IMG/VR virus record: IMGVR_UViG_3300025679_000005
Strand: one strand, 5' to 3'
Length of the DNA stretch: 64,000 nucleotides
From: a virus
Lineage: Duplodnaviria; Caudoviricetes
The notes under the pieces: model-generated
What the model was told of the DNA's origin: nothing
The model's input: the letters and a program-made list of their open reading frames with translations, nothing else
Databases searched by the model: none
Translations under genes and position numbers: made by a program
Part shown: positions 18,960 to 29,400 of the stretch, in pieces
Numbering within the stretch: the stretch's first letter is position 1
Layout: every line of letters starts with the position of its first letter

Positions 18960-19616
18960 ATGAGCAACGGCTATGTTATCCCCATTGATCCCGCAGAACT
19001 AGCCAACCGTTTCTCATACGAGGACCCCCTCTTTGACGATGAGGATGAGGAAATAGACGAGGACCTCGTGACCAACGTCAGTGCCGACAGCTTGTCGGAC
19101 TACTTTTCTGACGGGGACTACGAGAGTCGCATTGCCCCACTCCTGGATCGAATACCCGAGCGCGAAGCTGACCTCATCTATCTGTACTTCATCGAGAAGA
19201 AGCGTCAGGCGGACATCGCCACCATCTTCGGTGTGACCCAGGCCGCCATCTCCTACCGCCTGGACCGAGGTATCAAGCGTCTCAAGTTCCTCCTATCGAT
19301 TCCCCAGCTGACCAAAGAAGAGCTGGAGGCCGACCTTCCATCTGTTTTCCCCCAGAAAATAGATGTCGACATCCTGATTGGTATGTGGGCCACCACCTGC
19401 CAATCAGAGGTCGCCTCCAATTTAGGGTTGACCCAGGGACGAGTCCGCCACCGCTTCTTCAAGGCCGTCAAGACTCTGGAAGAGGCGGCCCTGAAGGATG
19501 AGAGGTATGTACCCTATCAGAAGATCTTTTCCACAATAGCGGAAAAAAGATTCAACATCCTGAGAGAGGTACGTCTCCCCCAATGGCAAGACCGCGGAGG
19601 AGATGAGTGTACTTGA
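18960..19616 (+). CDS. Sigma70 region-4-like tandem HTH transcription factor
   Basis: LLDRIPEREADLIYLYF...RQADIATIFGVTQAAISYRLDRG, and a second QSEVASNLGLTQGRVRHRFFKA; no recognisable region 2. Confidence 0.65.
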   Translation: MSNGYVIPIDPAELANRFSYEDPLFDDEDEEIDEDLVTNVSADSLSDYFSDGDYESRIAPLLDRIPEREADLIYLYFIEKKRQADIATIFGVTQAAISYRLDRGIKRLKFLLSIPQLTKEELEADLPSVFPQKIDVDILIGMWATTCQSEVASNLGLTQGRVRHRFFKAVKTLEEAALKDERYVPYQKIFSTIAEKRFNILREVRLPQWQDRGGDECT

Positions 19617-19663
19617 GCACTTATGAACTCGCAAATATATTCAGAACAATGTTTTGAAAACAG

Positions 19664-19697
19664 TTGCTACATGGGTGTGATGTGCTAAGATCACCTA
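19664..19697 (+). promoter_or_regulatory. Sigma70-like promoter, probably giving a leaderless transcript
   Basis: TTGCTA (19664-69), 16-nt spacer, TG-c-TAAGAT (19686-91), ATG at 19697, no SD. Confidence 0.45.
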
Positions 19698-20806
19698 TGT
19701 ATTTTAAGCACAACCTTAGTCAGACCCCTGAATACAAGTGCTGGCAGCAGATCAAGTCTCGTTGCTTGAATCAAGACCATCGGGCGTACCCCAACTATGG
19801 CGGCCGAGGGATCATGATTTGTCCGGAATGGCTGAACGACTTTGAGTCATTCTATGCTTACGTGGGGCCGCGCCCGACTCCAAAGCATTCTCTAGACAGG
19901 TTCCCAAACAACGATGGGGACTACGAGCCTGGAAACGTACGTTGGGCAACCTGGGACGAACAGGTGGTCAATAGAAGGCCACACGGAGAGGGCAACACCT
20001 TGCCTCCTAGGCCCAGGTCTGAAAAAGTCACCAACTTCAAGCATGGCCTGATAGGTCGCCCGGAATATAAAAATTGGTCTGCGATGAAGGATCGCTGCCT
20101 CAATGAGAGTAGCTCGAACTACCCACATTGGGGTGGTAAAGGAGTCAAGGTGCATCCGGAATGGATCCACGACTTCGTAGCTTTCTTTCAATACATGGGG
20201 CCTAAGCCTACGCCCCAGCATTCATTAGACAGGTTCCCGAACAAGGGCGGGAACTACGAGCCAGGCAACGTTAGGTGGGCCACGAAGCGTGAGCAGAACC
20301 TGAATAGGCATGCATTTGTTACAGGCCCAGCCCACGGTAACCATGGTCACGGGGGCGTAGGCACTCCCGAGTACAAGGCTTGGACAAGCATCAAGACTCG
20401 CTGCTTCAACCCAAATCACGATGGCTACGCTGCATACGGGGCGTTGGGCATTACCATGTGTCAACGGTGGAAAGATGACTTTCCGGCTTTTATCCAGGAC
20501 TTGGGACCCAGGCCTTCAGAGGGTCACGTGGTAGGACGTACCGACCTCGCTGCTTCCTATTCTTGTGGTAAGTGCGAGGAGTGCCTTGCGAAACAGTGGC
20601 TGTCCAATTGCCAGTGGACTTTGAGGAGCCTAGCTCAGAACCGCAACCGTCGCTCAAACAAGCTGACCTTTGAGAAGGCGGAGTTGATCCGGCAACGATT
20701 GTCGGACGGGTGCACCTACAAGGCCGTAGCCGAAGAGTTTGGGATTGGGGTTTCGCTGGTCGGGAAGATCAAGTGCGGGGATATCTGGGCCCGCCCCACC
20801 CCGTAA
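19697..20806 (+). CDS. HNH-type homing endonuclease-like protein: three tandem domains plus C-terminal HTH
   Basis: Three repeats of PEYKxWxxIKxRC.N...YGGxG....W...F..F...GPxP...SLDR.P...YEPGNVRWAT, then KLTFEKAELIR...AVAEEFGIG. Confidence 0.8.
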   Translation: MYFKHNLSQTPEYKCWQQIKSRCLNQDHRAYPNYGGRGIMICPEWLNDFESFYAYVGPRPTPKHSLDRFPNNDGDYEPGNVRWATWDEQVVNRRPHGEGNTLPPRPRSEKVTNFKHGLIGRPEYKNWSAMKDRCLNESSSNYPHWGGKGVKVHPEWIHDFVAFFQYMGPKPTPQHSLDRFPNKGGNYEPGNVRWATKREQNLNRHAFVTGPAHGNHGHGGVGTPEYKAWTSIKTRCFNPNHDGYAAYGALGITMCQRWKDDFPAFIQDLGPRPSEGHVVGRTDLAASYSCGKCEECLAKQWLSNCQWTLRSLAQNRNRRSNKLTFEKAELIRQRLSDGCTYKAVAEEFGIGVSLVGKIKCGDIWARPTP

Positions 20807-20857
20807 AATAGGCCCTTTTCTACTTATGGCCCGGCGTTAACGGAGGAGTCTACCCCC

Positions 20858-21766
20858 TTGACGCTTTCCCCCGCCCGTATCCAAACTCAAGATGTTCAGT
20901 TCAGTGTCCTGGTAAGTGCCAGGACTTGGCGTTGGACAACGCGCATGGACGTGTCGGGACCATCCCCCACATTCCAAATCGTTGATATCGTTACGCCTTT
21001 TGGATTCTTGAGGGATTCCATTCCTCTTCCAGGGGATGTCGTCCAGTCGATGGCTACATCGATCCAGACCATGATGACGAACTTCAAGCCCACTATGCTG
21101 TTGGGCCCGCCTTCGTCCCTTGTGTTCAGTGTTGATGAAGGTCGCGGAATGTCCCCTTCACAGGCAGGTCTGCTGACGAATATCGGAGTTTTCGGGTCAT
21201 TGCTCGACGGTTCCTTGGCTTCTTCGGCAGATTACGTAGAGGTTTTGCCAGCTGTTATTGGGGGGTTGGCCAGTAACCAGTACGGTAGCTTCAATGTGAT
21301 CGTGGATTCTACGGATTTGTTGGCGGTCAGCAGCCCTTACAGTGCATCCATAACGGTGCAGGACCTGACCGCTACGACACCATCCTTGACATTTCCAATC
21401 ACCATCAACGTCCGGCCGAAGGCTGTCATTTCCACGAATGTGGCCATGGTTGTTTTCAATGTGGACTATCCGTTGGGCGGGGAGTACCCCCCGATAGACA
21501 GCTTACCTTTTTTGGTCACCAACACGGGGCTGACTAACTCGGTGCTGGAGTATCAAATCGTTCGTTTGGTGGGCTTGTCCCAGAACTGGCTCACGGGGTT
21601 CCTTCCCAGCAGCGGCTCTTTGAATGCGGGGGGTAGCGCAACGATCAACGTTAGTATCGCCCCTATCACGGGTCTGTACCCTGGGACTTACGAGGAGACC
21701 CTTCGAATCAGTGGGTACAGTTCTAACGCTTACACGGATGTTCTCATCAGACTCGTGATTACGTGA
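20858..21766 (+). CDS. Putative virion structural protein with Ig/BACON-like beta domains
   Basis: Thr/Ser/Val-rich beta-strand pattern (NWLTGFLPSSGSLNAGGSATINVSI...GTYEETLRI); TTG start after GGAGGAG. Confidence 0.55.
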   Translation: MTLSPARIQTQDVQFSVLVSARTWRWTTRMDVSGPSPTFQIVDIVTPFGFLRDSIPLPGDVVQSMATSIQTMMTNFKPTMLLGPPSSLVFSVDEGRGMSPSQAGLLTNIGVFGSLLDGSLASSADYVEVLPAVIGGLASNQYGSFNVIVDSTDLLAVSSPYSASITVQDLTATTPSLTFPITINVRPKAVISTNVAMVVFNVDYPLGGEYPPIDSLPFLVTNTGLTNSVLEYQIVRLVGLSQNWLTGFLPSSGSLNAGGSATINVSIAPITGLYPGTYEETLRISGYSSNAYTDVLIRLVIT

Positions 21767-21773
21767 GGTATTT

Positions 21774-22061
21774 TTGATGGCCAACTTCAAGCTAGACCAG
21801 ATCCAAAGCACTTCCTCGGGCATGGACGCCTTTTTCGAGTCGGAACCGGCGATCGTGACTCCCTTGGGTCAGAAGACCGCCGCAGTCGCTAAGCCTCATC
21901 GCATTCGTGTGGCCTCACTGGGCCAGCTCAACGAGTTCACTAGGGTGGCCTCGGACCAACTGATCCACAAGTCGACCAATGACCTCTGGTCTATCCGCAA
22001 GGAAGGCGAAGAGTTCTACATCGAGCGCCAGTTCGACAACAGTTCCCCAGTAAAGGGCTGA
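21774..22061 (+). CDS. Hypothetical head-region protein
   Basis: RBS GAGGT; contains KTA and two RVAS motifs. Confidence 0.7.
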   Translation: MMANFKLDQIQSTSSGMDAFFESEPAIVTPLGQKTAAVAKPHRIRVASLGQLNEFTRVASDQLIHKSTNDLWSIRKEGEEFYIERQFDNSSPVKG

Positions 22062-22064
22062 ACC

Positions 22065-23414
22065 TTGAGCAACCGAGACCTTATCAAGCGCGTAATGGCG
22101 AAGACCGCTACTGTTCAAAAGACAGCAGCGTTTCCGCCATTCGCTGAGAACGGCCCGCCCCAACCGCCTGAAGAGGATGGGGGTGGTGGCAACAGTCCTG
22201 TTGGCGGCAAGAGGAACATTCCGAAGGATCATCCTTACGATCCCAAGGCTTTGAAGCCGATGGCCACAGCCCTCTGGGCAGCCAGTGTCAGTTTGGGCCA
22301 CGCCCTGACGGCTTATCGTCACCTCAGCCGCTTGAAATCCGCTACCATCAGCCCTGATGGTATGTTGGGTGGGCGTGGCTACGTCATGGGAGTGCCCGAC
22401 GTACGCAAGAAGCTCTACGCAGCCTGCGAGGCCTTGAGTGCTATCACCGACACCCTCCACGACGAGATCACGGCTCCTCATTGGCGCCCAAAGTTGGCGC
22501 TGTTGGACGAGACTGATGCCGAGGAGATCGAACAGTACCTAGAGAAGTCTCAAGGGATCCTCGACGATCCGGAGGCGGAGGTCGAAGAAGAAGAGGAAGA
22601 GATTGAGGGCGGCAAGGACAAGCCGGAGAAAGAGCCGGAAGAGGCTTCGAGCATGCCAGACGGTGGTAGCGGCAACGAAACCAGCCAGGCTGTCCCGATG
22701 ATGCGCCCGAAAGAGGCCTCCTTCAACCCCTACGATCGCACCGCCAATTCCTCGGTTTCCCCAGGAGCTTTGGGTGGGCCCAGGGTTGAGCACCTAGACC
22801 GTGAAGACCAGCCGGACCCGGAAATGGCCTATGATGGTTGGGGGTATCCCTCAATGATCGAACACCAGGAATCTGAGAATGGTGAGGGTAACCTTAGTGA
22901 TCGCGGAGCTGGTTCGGGTATGCCAGGGGCAGTGACCGACACGACTCCGACGGAGGCCTATGACTTTGGTCTGGGCTACGGAGCTAACGGCCAAGGTGCC
23001 GGTGGTTACGGGAACCCTTCAGGTGAGGGTAACGGCACGAAAGGTGTGTTCGGACCGACCAGCGGCCTTCCAGGCGGTGGCTCAGGGTCGTCCGGGGACA
23101 CCACCCCAGAGTTCAATGCCGAGGTCAGTGATCGTCATTCAATGGATTCACTGCCCAACGATGATCAGCCTCCGGTTGCCCGTTCTGACTATTATCAGGG
23201 AGATAAGGGCAACATGGTGAATGATTCGGGCCCGATGGCTCAATCGGAGATGCCCGCTGAGCCGACCCCAGGTGGCGAGATGTCTCCCAGTATGATGAAT
23301 ACAGACTACACGTACACTGACATGGAAACACCGTACGTACGCTACGACTATACGACCCCCAACTATCGGCCGGATCCCCTCCACAATTGGCCCGAAAAAC
23401 AGCAGACAGGATGA
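22065..23414 (+). CDS. Hypothetical head-region protein, acidic/Gly-Pro-rich C-terminal half
   Basis: 449-aa ORF in the operon; KTA x2, KEAS and YDRTA motifs. Confidence 0.7.
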   Translation: MSNRDLIKRVMAKTATVQKTAAFPPFAENGPPQPPEEDGGGGNSPVGGKRNIPKDHPYDPKALKPMATALWAASVSLGHALTAYRHLSRLKSATISPDGMLGGRGYVMGVPDVRKKLYAACEALSAITDTLHDEITAPHWRPKLALLDETDAEEIEQYLEKSQGILDDPEAEVEEEEEEIEGGKDKPEKEPEEASSMPDGGSGNETSQAVPMMRPKEASFNPYDRTANSSVSPGALGGPRVEHLDREDQPDPEMAYDGWGYPSMIEHQESENGEGNLSDRGAGSGMPGAVTDTTPTEAYDFGLGYGANGQGAGGYGNPSGEGNGTKGVFGPTSGLPGGGSGSSGDTTPEFNAEVSDRHSMDSLPNDDQPPVARSDYYQGDKGNMVNDSGPMAQSEMPAEPTPGGEMSPSMMNTDYTYTDMETPYVRYDYTTPNYRPDPLHNWPEKQQTG

Positions 23415-23417
23415 ACG

Positions 23418-25406
23418 ATGGCTGATCTTGGTGACCTAACAGACTTCATCAAAGAAGGTAGCTCTGGCGTTTCCGACCTCGATTGGTTGGATGTCGACGA
23501 GGCGGAGTACCGCAAGAACGACACTCTCCCCAAGCAGAACCTGGACATTGCTCCAGATCTCATTGCCTTGTGGAGCCACCAGGACCAATCGCCTTCATCT
23601 CTAGTACCCAACAAGGGCGAACCCAAGACGATGGGCGATCTCTCGTCTATCCATGGGCATCTCCGAGCGGTGCCTGAAGACCTGATGCGTACAGCCCGTC
23701 TGGCTATCATGCAGTCGACTGATCCCAAGAAGATCAGCCACGCATTGTCTTCTAGGTACGATGCCAACATCCTCGCAACTGCCAAGACAGCCCTTGCTAC
23801 AGTATTCGCTGAACGGGGCCTCCTTGGTAAGTTGTACATCAGTGCTTCGGACTTCCCGGACTGCAATAAGGGTGGCAAGATTGCCTCCGAGTTCGTTCGT
23901 CGCTTTGCCTTGGATGCTCCTTTCGTTGTCGCAAAGGTTGCGTGCAGCGATTGCGTTCATCGTCAAATCACGGCCAACGGCAGCAGCCATTGCGGGGTTT
24001 TCCACAAGGAACTACAAGTGGAAGTGCCCTACTCCAATGAACTAGCGTCTACGGTAGAGAGGCAACAGGCTTCCAGGGGCAAGGCTGTCCTCGCTTCTAC
24101 GGGAACTACTCCGAAGGAACGTATTCGCCAAGCCTTCTTGGGCCAGGCTTCTACGGGAACTCAGGGCTTCACGGGTATTCCACAGGCCCCTCAAGCAGCT
24201 ATTGCTCAAGGCGATACAAGCCAGCAACTGATTGCGGTTGCCAGCCTCACGAAGAAGCGTGATGCCGAAGGCCAGCAGAAGCTTGCAGCTGCTAAAGCAC
24301 GCCCGATCATCGCTCTCCTCACTAAGGAGATGCTCAAGGGGCATGGCGAGCCCGAACTGGTTCACGCACTTCGTCTAGCCTTCGACTTGACTTTGCTCGA
24401 AGAGACCAAGGCTGAATGGGTGCCCCTCTTCAAGGAGGCTGGCCTGTTCGGTGCGGTTTATTCGAACCAGACAGCCTTTGATGACTGCCGTGAAGGAGCA
24501 GACTTCATCAACAAGCATGGATCGAAGATCCGGGCCATTGTTGCAGGCGAGAAGTGCGGCTCTTGCATCTTCAACAAGGTTGGCCGCTGTATGATGTATG
24601 GGCGTCAGCTAGTGGCATCTGCGGACGCAGTCCTCAATACGCAGACCGTGTCTGCGGTATTGGATGAGCATCGGATCGCTGGCAAACTTCCCCACGATGC
24701 TGCCAAGTACTCATGGGGGGACACCCCCATGGAGGCTCTCAAGGCCATCCACAAGGCTGCTTCTGCACCTTTGGCGTCCTCTGGCCCCAGCGTCCGCAGC
24801 TCAATCGAGAAGGCTTTCTACGGGCAGACTCGTGCGGCAAATACCAGTGACCTGACCAAGCGTGAGATCCTGAAGACTGCTTCGAGGTACATGAACGAAG
24901 GTCTATACGGAGATGACCTTCTCAATGTGCTGAAGAGCCGCTTCGATGTCCGGGATCTCACTGCCACGGCCGGAGATCTCAAGGTCGTGTTGGCGGAACA
25001 AGGCCTACAGGGTATCAAGTTCATCGACCCAACGGTTTACGACGATTACGGCAAGGGTTGTCACACGGCCGCTAGCGCCCATCGTTCACGGGCCGCTGTC
25101 CAATATCTCAAAGTCGGTGACAAGTGCGGTTCTTGCGTTCATCAGACCCGGGTCGGGTTCTGTTCCGTCATCAACAAGCAGTTGGTCGTGGAGCCCCCTT
25201 ACATCGACAAGCTGGCTGAACAGCGTGCGATCTTGGCGTCGGGGAACTCGACGGTGGTTTCCTACGAGAGCCTCATGAACAACGGTCTGAGTATGATGCA
25301 GGAGTATCAGCTCCAGCACGACACAGAGGGTTCCATCGACCTTCAGCCAGAGTTCAAGGTGGGCTCAGACACCATCGAATTCGGGACTCAGAAAGTCAAG
25401 CTGTGA
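23418..25406 (+). CDS. Hypothetical protein with three Cys4 repeat modules
   Basis: 662 aa; repeats FPDC..ACSDC..HC, FDDC..KCGSC..RC, KGC..KCGSC..FC. Confidence 0.75.
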   Translation: MADLGDLTDFIKEGSSGVSDLDWLDVDEAEYRKNDTLPKQNLDIAPDLIALWSHQDQSPSSLVPNKGEPKTMGDLSSIHGHLRAVPEDLMRTARLAIMQSTDPKKISHALSSRYDANILATAKTALATVFAERGLLGKLYISASDFPDCNKGGKIASEFVRRFALDAPFVVAKVACSDCVHRQITANGSSHCGVFHKELQVEVPYSNELASTVERQQASRGKAVLASTGTTPKERIRQAFLGQASTGTQGFTGIPQAPQAAIAQGDTSQQLIAVASLTKKRDAEGQQKLAAAKARPIIALLTKEMLKGHGEPELVHALRLAFDLTLLEETKAEWVPLFKEAGLFGAVYSNQTAFDDCREGADFINKHGSKIRAIVAGEKCGSCIFNKVGRCMMYGRQLVASADAVLNTQTVSAVLDEHRIAGKLPHDAAKYSWGDTPMEALKAIHKAASAPLASSGPSVRSSIEKAFYGQTRAANTSDLTKREILKTASRYMNEGLYGDDLLNVLKSRFDVRDLTATAGDLKVVLAEQGLQGIKFIDPTVYDDYGKGCHTAASAHRSRAAVQYLKVGDKCGSCVHQTRVGFCSVINKQLVVEPPYIDKLAEQRAILASGNSTVVSYESLMNNGLSMMQEYQLQHDTEGSIDLQPEFKVGSDTIEFGTQKVKL

Positions 25407-25795
25407 AAGATAGTCCCGCACGTCGTGTGGTCGCCCGCTTCAAGCAGGCAGACCAGCAACCCGGGGCTCGTCAAAAGGCGTGGAAGAACACCACACCCAT
25501 AAACAAGCCCAAGGGGATCGGCCGAGAAGTGACCAAGGACTACGCCGTGTCCAAGGATGAGGGCGGTGAAGTAGTTGAGGCCGATCGTAGAGATCTCCGA
25601 CCAGAGGATGTCTTCAACGTCACTCCTGACCAAACAGGGGTTCTGAACCTGGCCCAATCGGGCAAGGATCTGTCCAAGGCAATTGAGAAGCAAGTACCTA
25701 AAGACAAGGGCTACGATGTAGTCCGCAATCTGTCGCAGTACCTTATTCGCACCGAGGGGAACGGAGCGGAGGGGACGGCGGAAGGCAAGAAATGA
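25403..25795 (+). CDS. Hypothetical protein with N-terminal RRVVARFKQA motif
   Basis: GTGA overlap; 130 aa. Confidence 0.7.
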   Translation: MKDSPARRVVARFKQADQQPGARQKAWKNTTPINKPKGIGREVTKDYAVSKDEGGEVVEADRRDLRPEDVFNVTPDQTGVLNLAQSGKDLSKAIEKQVPKDKGYDVVRNLSQYLIRTEGNGAEGTAEGKK

Positions 25796-26400
25796 ACATG
25801 ACAGACACGAAGGATGATTACTTGGAAAATCTGGAAAGCATGGCTAACGAGTCGACCAAGATCGGCCCAATGGCGATGGTAGTCCCAGTACATGCAGCTA
25901 CTGGCCCCATCAAGCGTGGCGTCGGCCGCCCCAAGAAGATCAATCCCCAGCCTACTGTGAATGAATTGGCGTACCACGCTGAGATGCAGAGGCTTAAGGC
26001 GGAGTACACGAACGACATCGACACTGTTAATAAGGCAGTGCGGGGGCGTGTTGACTCCTTGGAGACCCTACAAAGGATCAAGGAAGAGATCGCAACGGAA
26101 GCCGCGTCACTGTACTGTGACCGCGTAGAAGCTGCGAAGTACGGTAAAGATACGACTCAAATATCGAGTCGTAGGATCGGAGCCCTCAAGGAAGTGGCTT
26201 CGATCGAGCTTGAGATGAGGCGGTTGGGCACCAACTTCATCGATCTCAAGAGTGAACGTTTTCAGAAGGTCTTCGCTTTCCTTCTCGATTCAATTCGAAA
26301 TGCGGCAACGGCGACATTCTCTTCTGAGCAAGTGGATATGCTTTTCAACCGCCTAGAGACCGAATTAGAGGGCTGGGAAGAAAAAGCCCAGAATCTCTGA
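25792..26400 (+). CDS. Possible terminase small subunit
   Basis: Directly upstream of TerL; helical; GRPKK basic motif; assigned by synteny only. Confidence 0.4.
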   Translation: MNMTDTKDDYLENLESMANESTKIGPMAMVVPVHAATGPIKRGVGRPKKINPQPTVNELAYHAEMQRLKAEYTNDIDTVNKAVRGRVDSLETLQRIKEEIATEAASLYCDRVEAAKYGKDTTQISSRRIGALKEVASIELEMRRLGTNFIDLKSERFQKVFAFLLDSIRNAATATFSSEQVDMLFNRLETELEGWEEKAQNL

Positions 26401-26408
26401 GGTAGCTA

Positions 26409-29400
26409 GTGGCTGAGAAGAAACGAGAGGGGCTGGTCAATCTAGTCCGGAACGCCAACCAGAAGGTCAAAGCCACTCAAGCTGTGGCCACCAATTCAGG
26501 TGCGGGTGGTGGCGGCCTAGGTGGCGGCCCCAAGATCTTCAGTGTGCTCGAATACATCGAGCAGCCTTGGGGTTTGGCAATGAACCTATACCCTGCCCAG
26601 CGCTTCCTGGTGAAGCTCTATTACAATCTGGAGCTGGACACCAAGATCCCTGACGATCCTAACAAGCGTATCCAAGTCACGGACATGCTCAAGACCAAGA
26701 TCCTGTACGAGCTGTCTGAGAGGGATTACCTGACATACCTCTTCAATGAGGGCCGGTGCAATATCGGGGAGCAGGATCACGACCGACGTGAATTGGTGCT
26801 TTCCATCGGTAGAAGAGGGGGTAAATGCGTCTGTGGGGATACCCTCGTATTGACGAATGACGGCATTCGTCAAATAGCTGATTTAGGGACGGCCCTTGAG
26901 GACGGCTTTTCGCCCTTGGAATTAGGAATAGTCCAAGAAGCAGGCAAGAGGTCCACTTCCGCTGCATTCTACAACGGGGGAGTTAAACCGACTTTCTCAG
27001 TCAAAACAGACTCTGGGTACAGCCTCAAAGGGACGGGCCCCCATCGAGTTAAAGTGCTGACTAAGACAGGTAAAGTCGAATGGGTCTACCTGGATCAACT
27101 ACAGGTAGGCGACTTCGTAGCGATCAACCGCTCGACTGACCTATGGGCGGCCAAATTGATGGATTTACGCCCGTTTCACAATGAAACGGGTCGTAAGGAC
27201 GTTAGACTACCGGAGCTGTTAGACGAGCGTTTAGGCAACTTCATCGGTTACTTGGTTGGTGACGGCACTTGGGGAGACGACCACGCCGTATCTGTGACAG
27301 TGGAGCACCCAGAGACGTGGGCTTACTTGAAGGAAGCCTTTCAGACATTGTTGGGGGAACCCAGAGTCCAGATGGACGAAAGAACTGTAAACACCGGGCG
27401 CCTAGAGTTCTGTAGCGTCAGGGCCCGAAGGTTTTTTGACGATATTGGCTGGAAGCAGGATTGTGCGAGAGATCAGAAGATGATCCCTTGGTCTATTCTT
27501 CAGTCGCCGAAGTCCGTCGTATGCGCCTTCTTGAGAGGTTTATTTGAGACAGATGGGTGTGCCGAGAGTGGTGGTCGAAGCATCACTTTCTCATCAGCTA
27601 GCTTTCGGTTGGCCCATGAGGTTCAGATTGTGCTGCTGAATCTAGGTATCGTCTCGAACGTAGCCCGTAAGTGGAACTCAAAGACAAAAAAACACTATGC
27701 TAATTTGAGGGTCAAAGGCACGAGGTCTAGACGCCTGTTCGCTCAATTGATAGGTTTCGATTCAGATAAGAAGCGCCTGCCAATGCTGGCCTCTTTGGAA
27801 CTTGCTCAAGAGGGTAAGTCTGACACAGAGAGCATTCCACATCAGTACTCGGCAATTCGAGATTGGCTGGAGTCAATACCCAAGGCGGGGCCTGGAGCTG
27901 GGCACAGGCGCTCTAGGCTAAGGGATGTCTTAGCCAACACCTGTAAGCCTAGTTCAGGTGAAGATCTGACCTACCCACGGCTGGCCAAGGCAATCAGTGT
28001 GGCTAAGGAAATGGGGGCAGGGGAACAGGAAACAGCCCACTTCGAAGAGTTGGCCAGATTGGACTACTTCTACGATGCCGTGACCTCAGTAGAACAAGGG
28101 GAAGACCAGGTTTATGATTTGACCGTACCTGATGGGGAGGCATTCGTTGCGAATGGTATGACCAATCACAACACAACTCTGTCGGGAATCTTCGCTTCCT
28201 ACGAGGTGTACCGACTTCTTAATCTGTACAATCCCCAGGAATACTATGGCCTGCCTAACGGCAACCGTATCCAGATCATCTCGGTAGCTACGGACAAGGA
28301 CCAGGCAGGACTGCTCTTCAACGAAGTGGCCTCCCATATCGTGAAGTGCGAGTACTTCAAGCCGCATACAGCGTCCAATACCCAGACGTTTTTGAACTTC
28401 CGCACGCCTTACGACATCGAGAAGTTTGGTACTGATGTCCGCAACGGGGATGGCAAATACCAGTCCTTGAACGGTAAGGCCACCATCCGCGTCACCTTCA
28501 AGGGTGCAAACGGCAAGGGGCTCCGTGGTGCAGGTAACGTCGTTATCATCCTCGACGAGGTTGCCCACTTTCTTGACAAGGGTGGGGGCTCTGCCGAGGA
28601 AGTGTACGGTGCCGTAGTGCCCTCATCGGCTGCCTTCTCCAAGAAGGATCAGAAGACTAAGCGTGCTTTGATTGATCCGATTACGGGCATAGAAGCCCCT
28701 GTGGAGAGCAGGGTCATTCTCATCTCATCTCCCTTGGGCAAGTCCGGCTTGTTTTACGACAAGTTCGATCTGGCTATGCGTGGCGGTCCCGGAGCACACA
28801 ACATCCTTGCTATCCAGGCCCCTACCTGGGAGATCAATCCGACGGTCCCCTCCTCCTACTACAAGGAGAAGTACCACGCGAATCCGATCACCTTCGTGAC
28901 TGAGCACGGCGCTCAGTTCAGCGATCAGGTACGTGGTTGGATTGAGCGTGAGTCGGATCTACAGGCCTGCATCAACCCAATACTACAGCCCAAACTAGCT
29001 GGGACCCCCAGGTCACCCCATCAAATGGGAATCGACGTAGGCCTTGTAAACGACGGTACAGCCATCGCCATTACACACGTTGAGGGGGACAAGATCGTCC
29101 TCGACTACCATGAAATATGGTATGCTGGAGAGAATTGGCGTGAGGCTAACCCGCATCTGGACTTCAGTGTGGCGACAGACTACGCCAAGAGCCTGGGGAA
29201 TGTCCAGCGCATCGACTTTGATGCCATCGGGGAATGGATCTTGGCTCTGTGTAAGAGATTCCACATCACCGCCGGCATCTTCGACCGTTGGAATGGCATC
29301 CCCTTGGAGCAGTTCCTGCACAAGCACGGTCTGAAGCAATTCACCTCGGATTTCTATACTAGAGACAACACTAGTAAGATGTACCAGACGGTGAAGGAAT

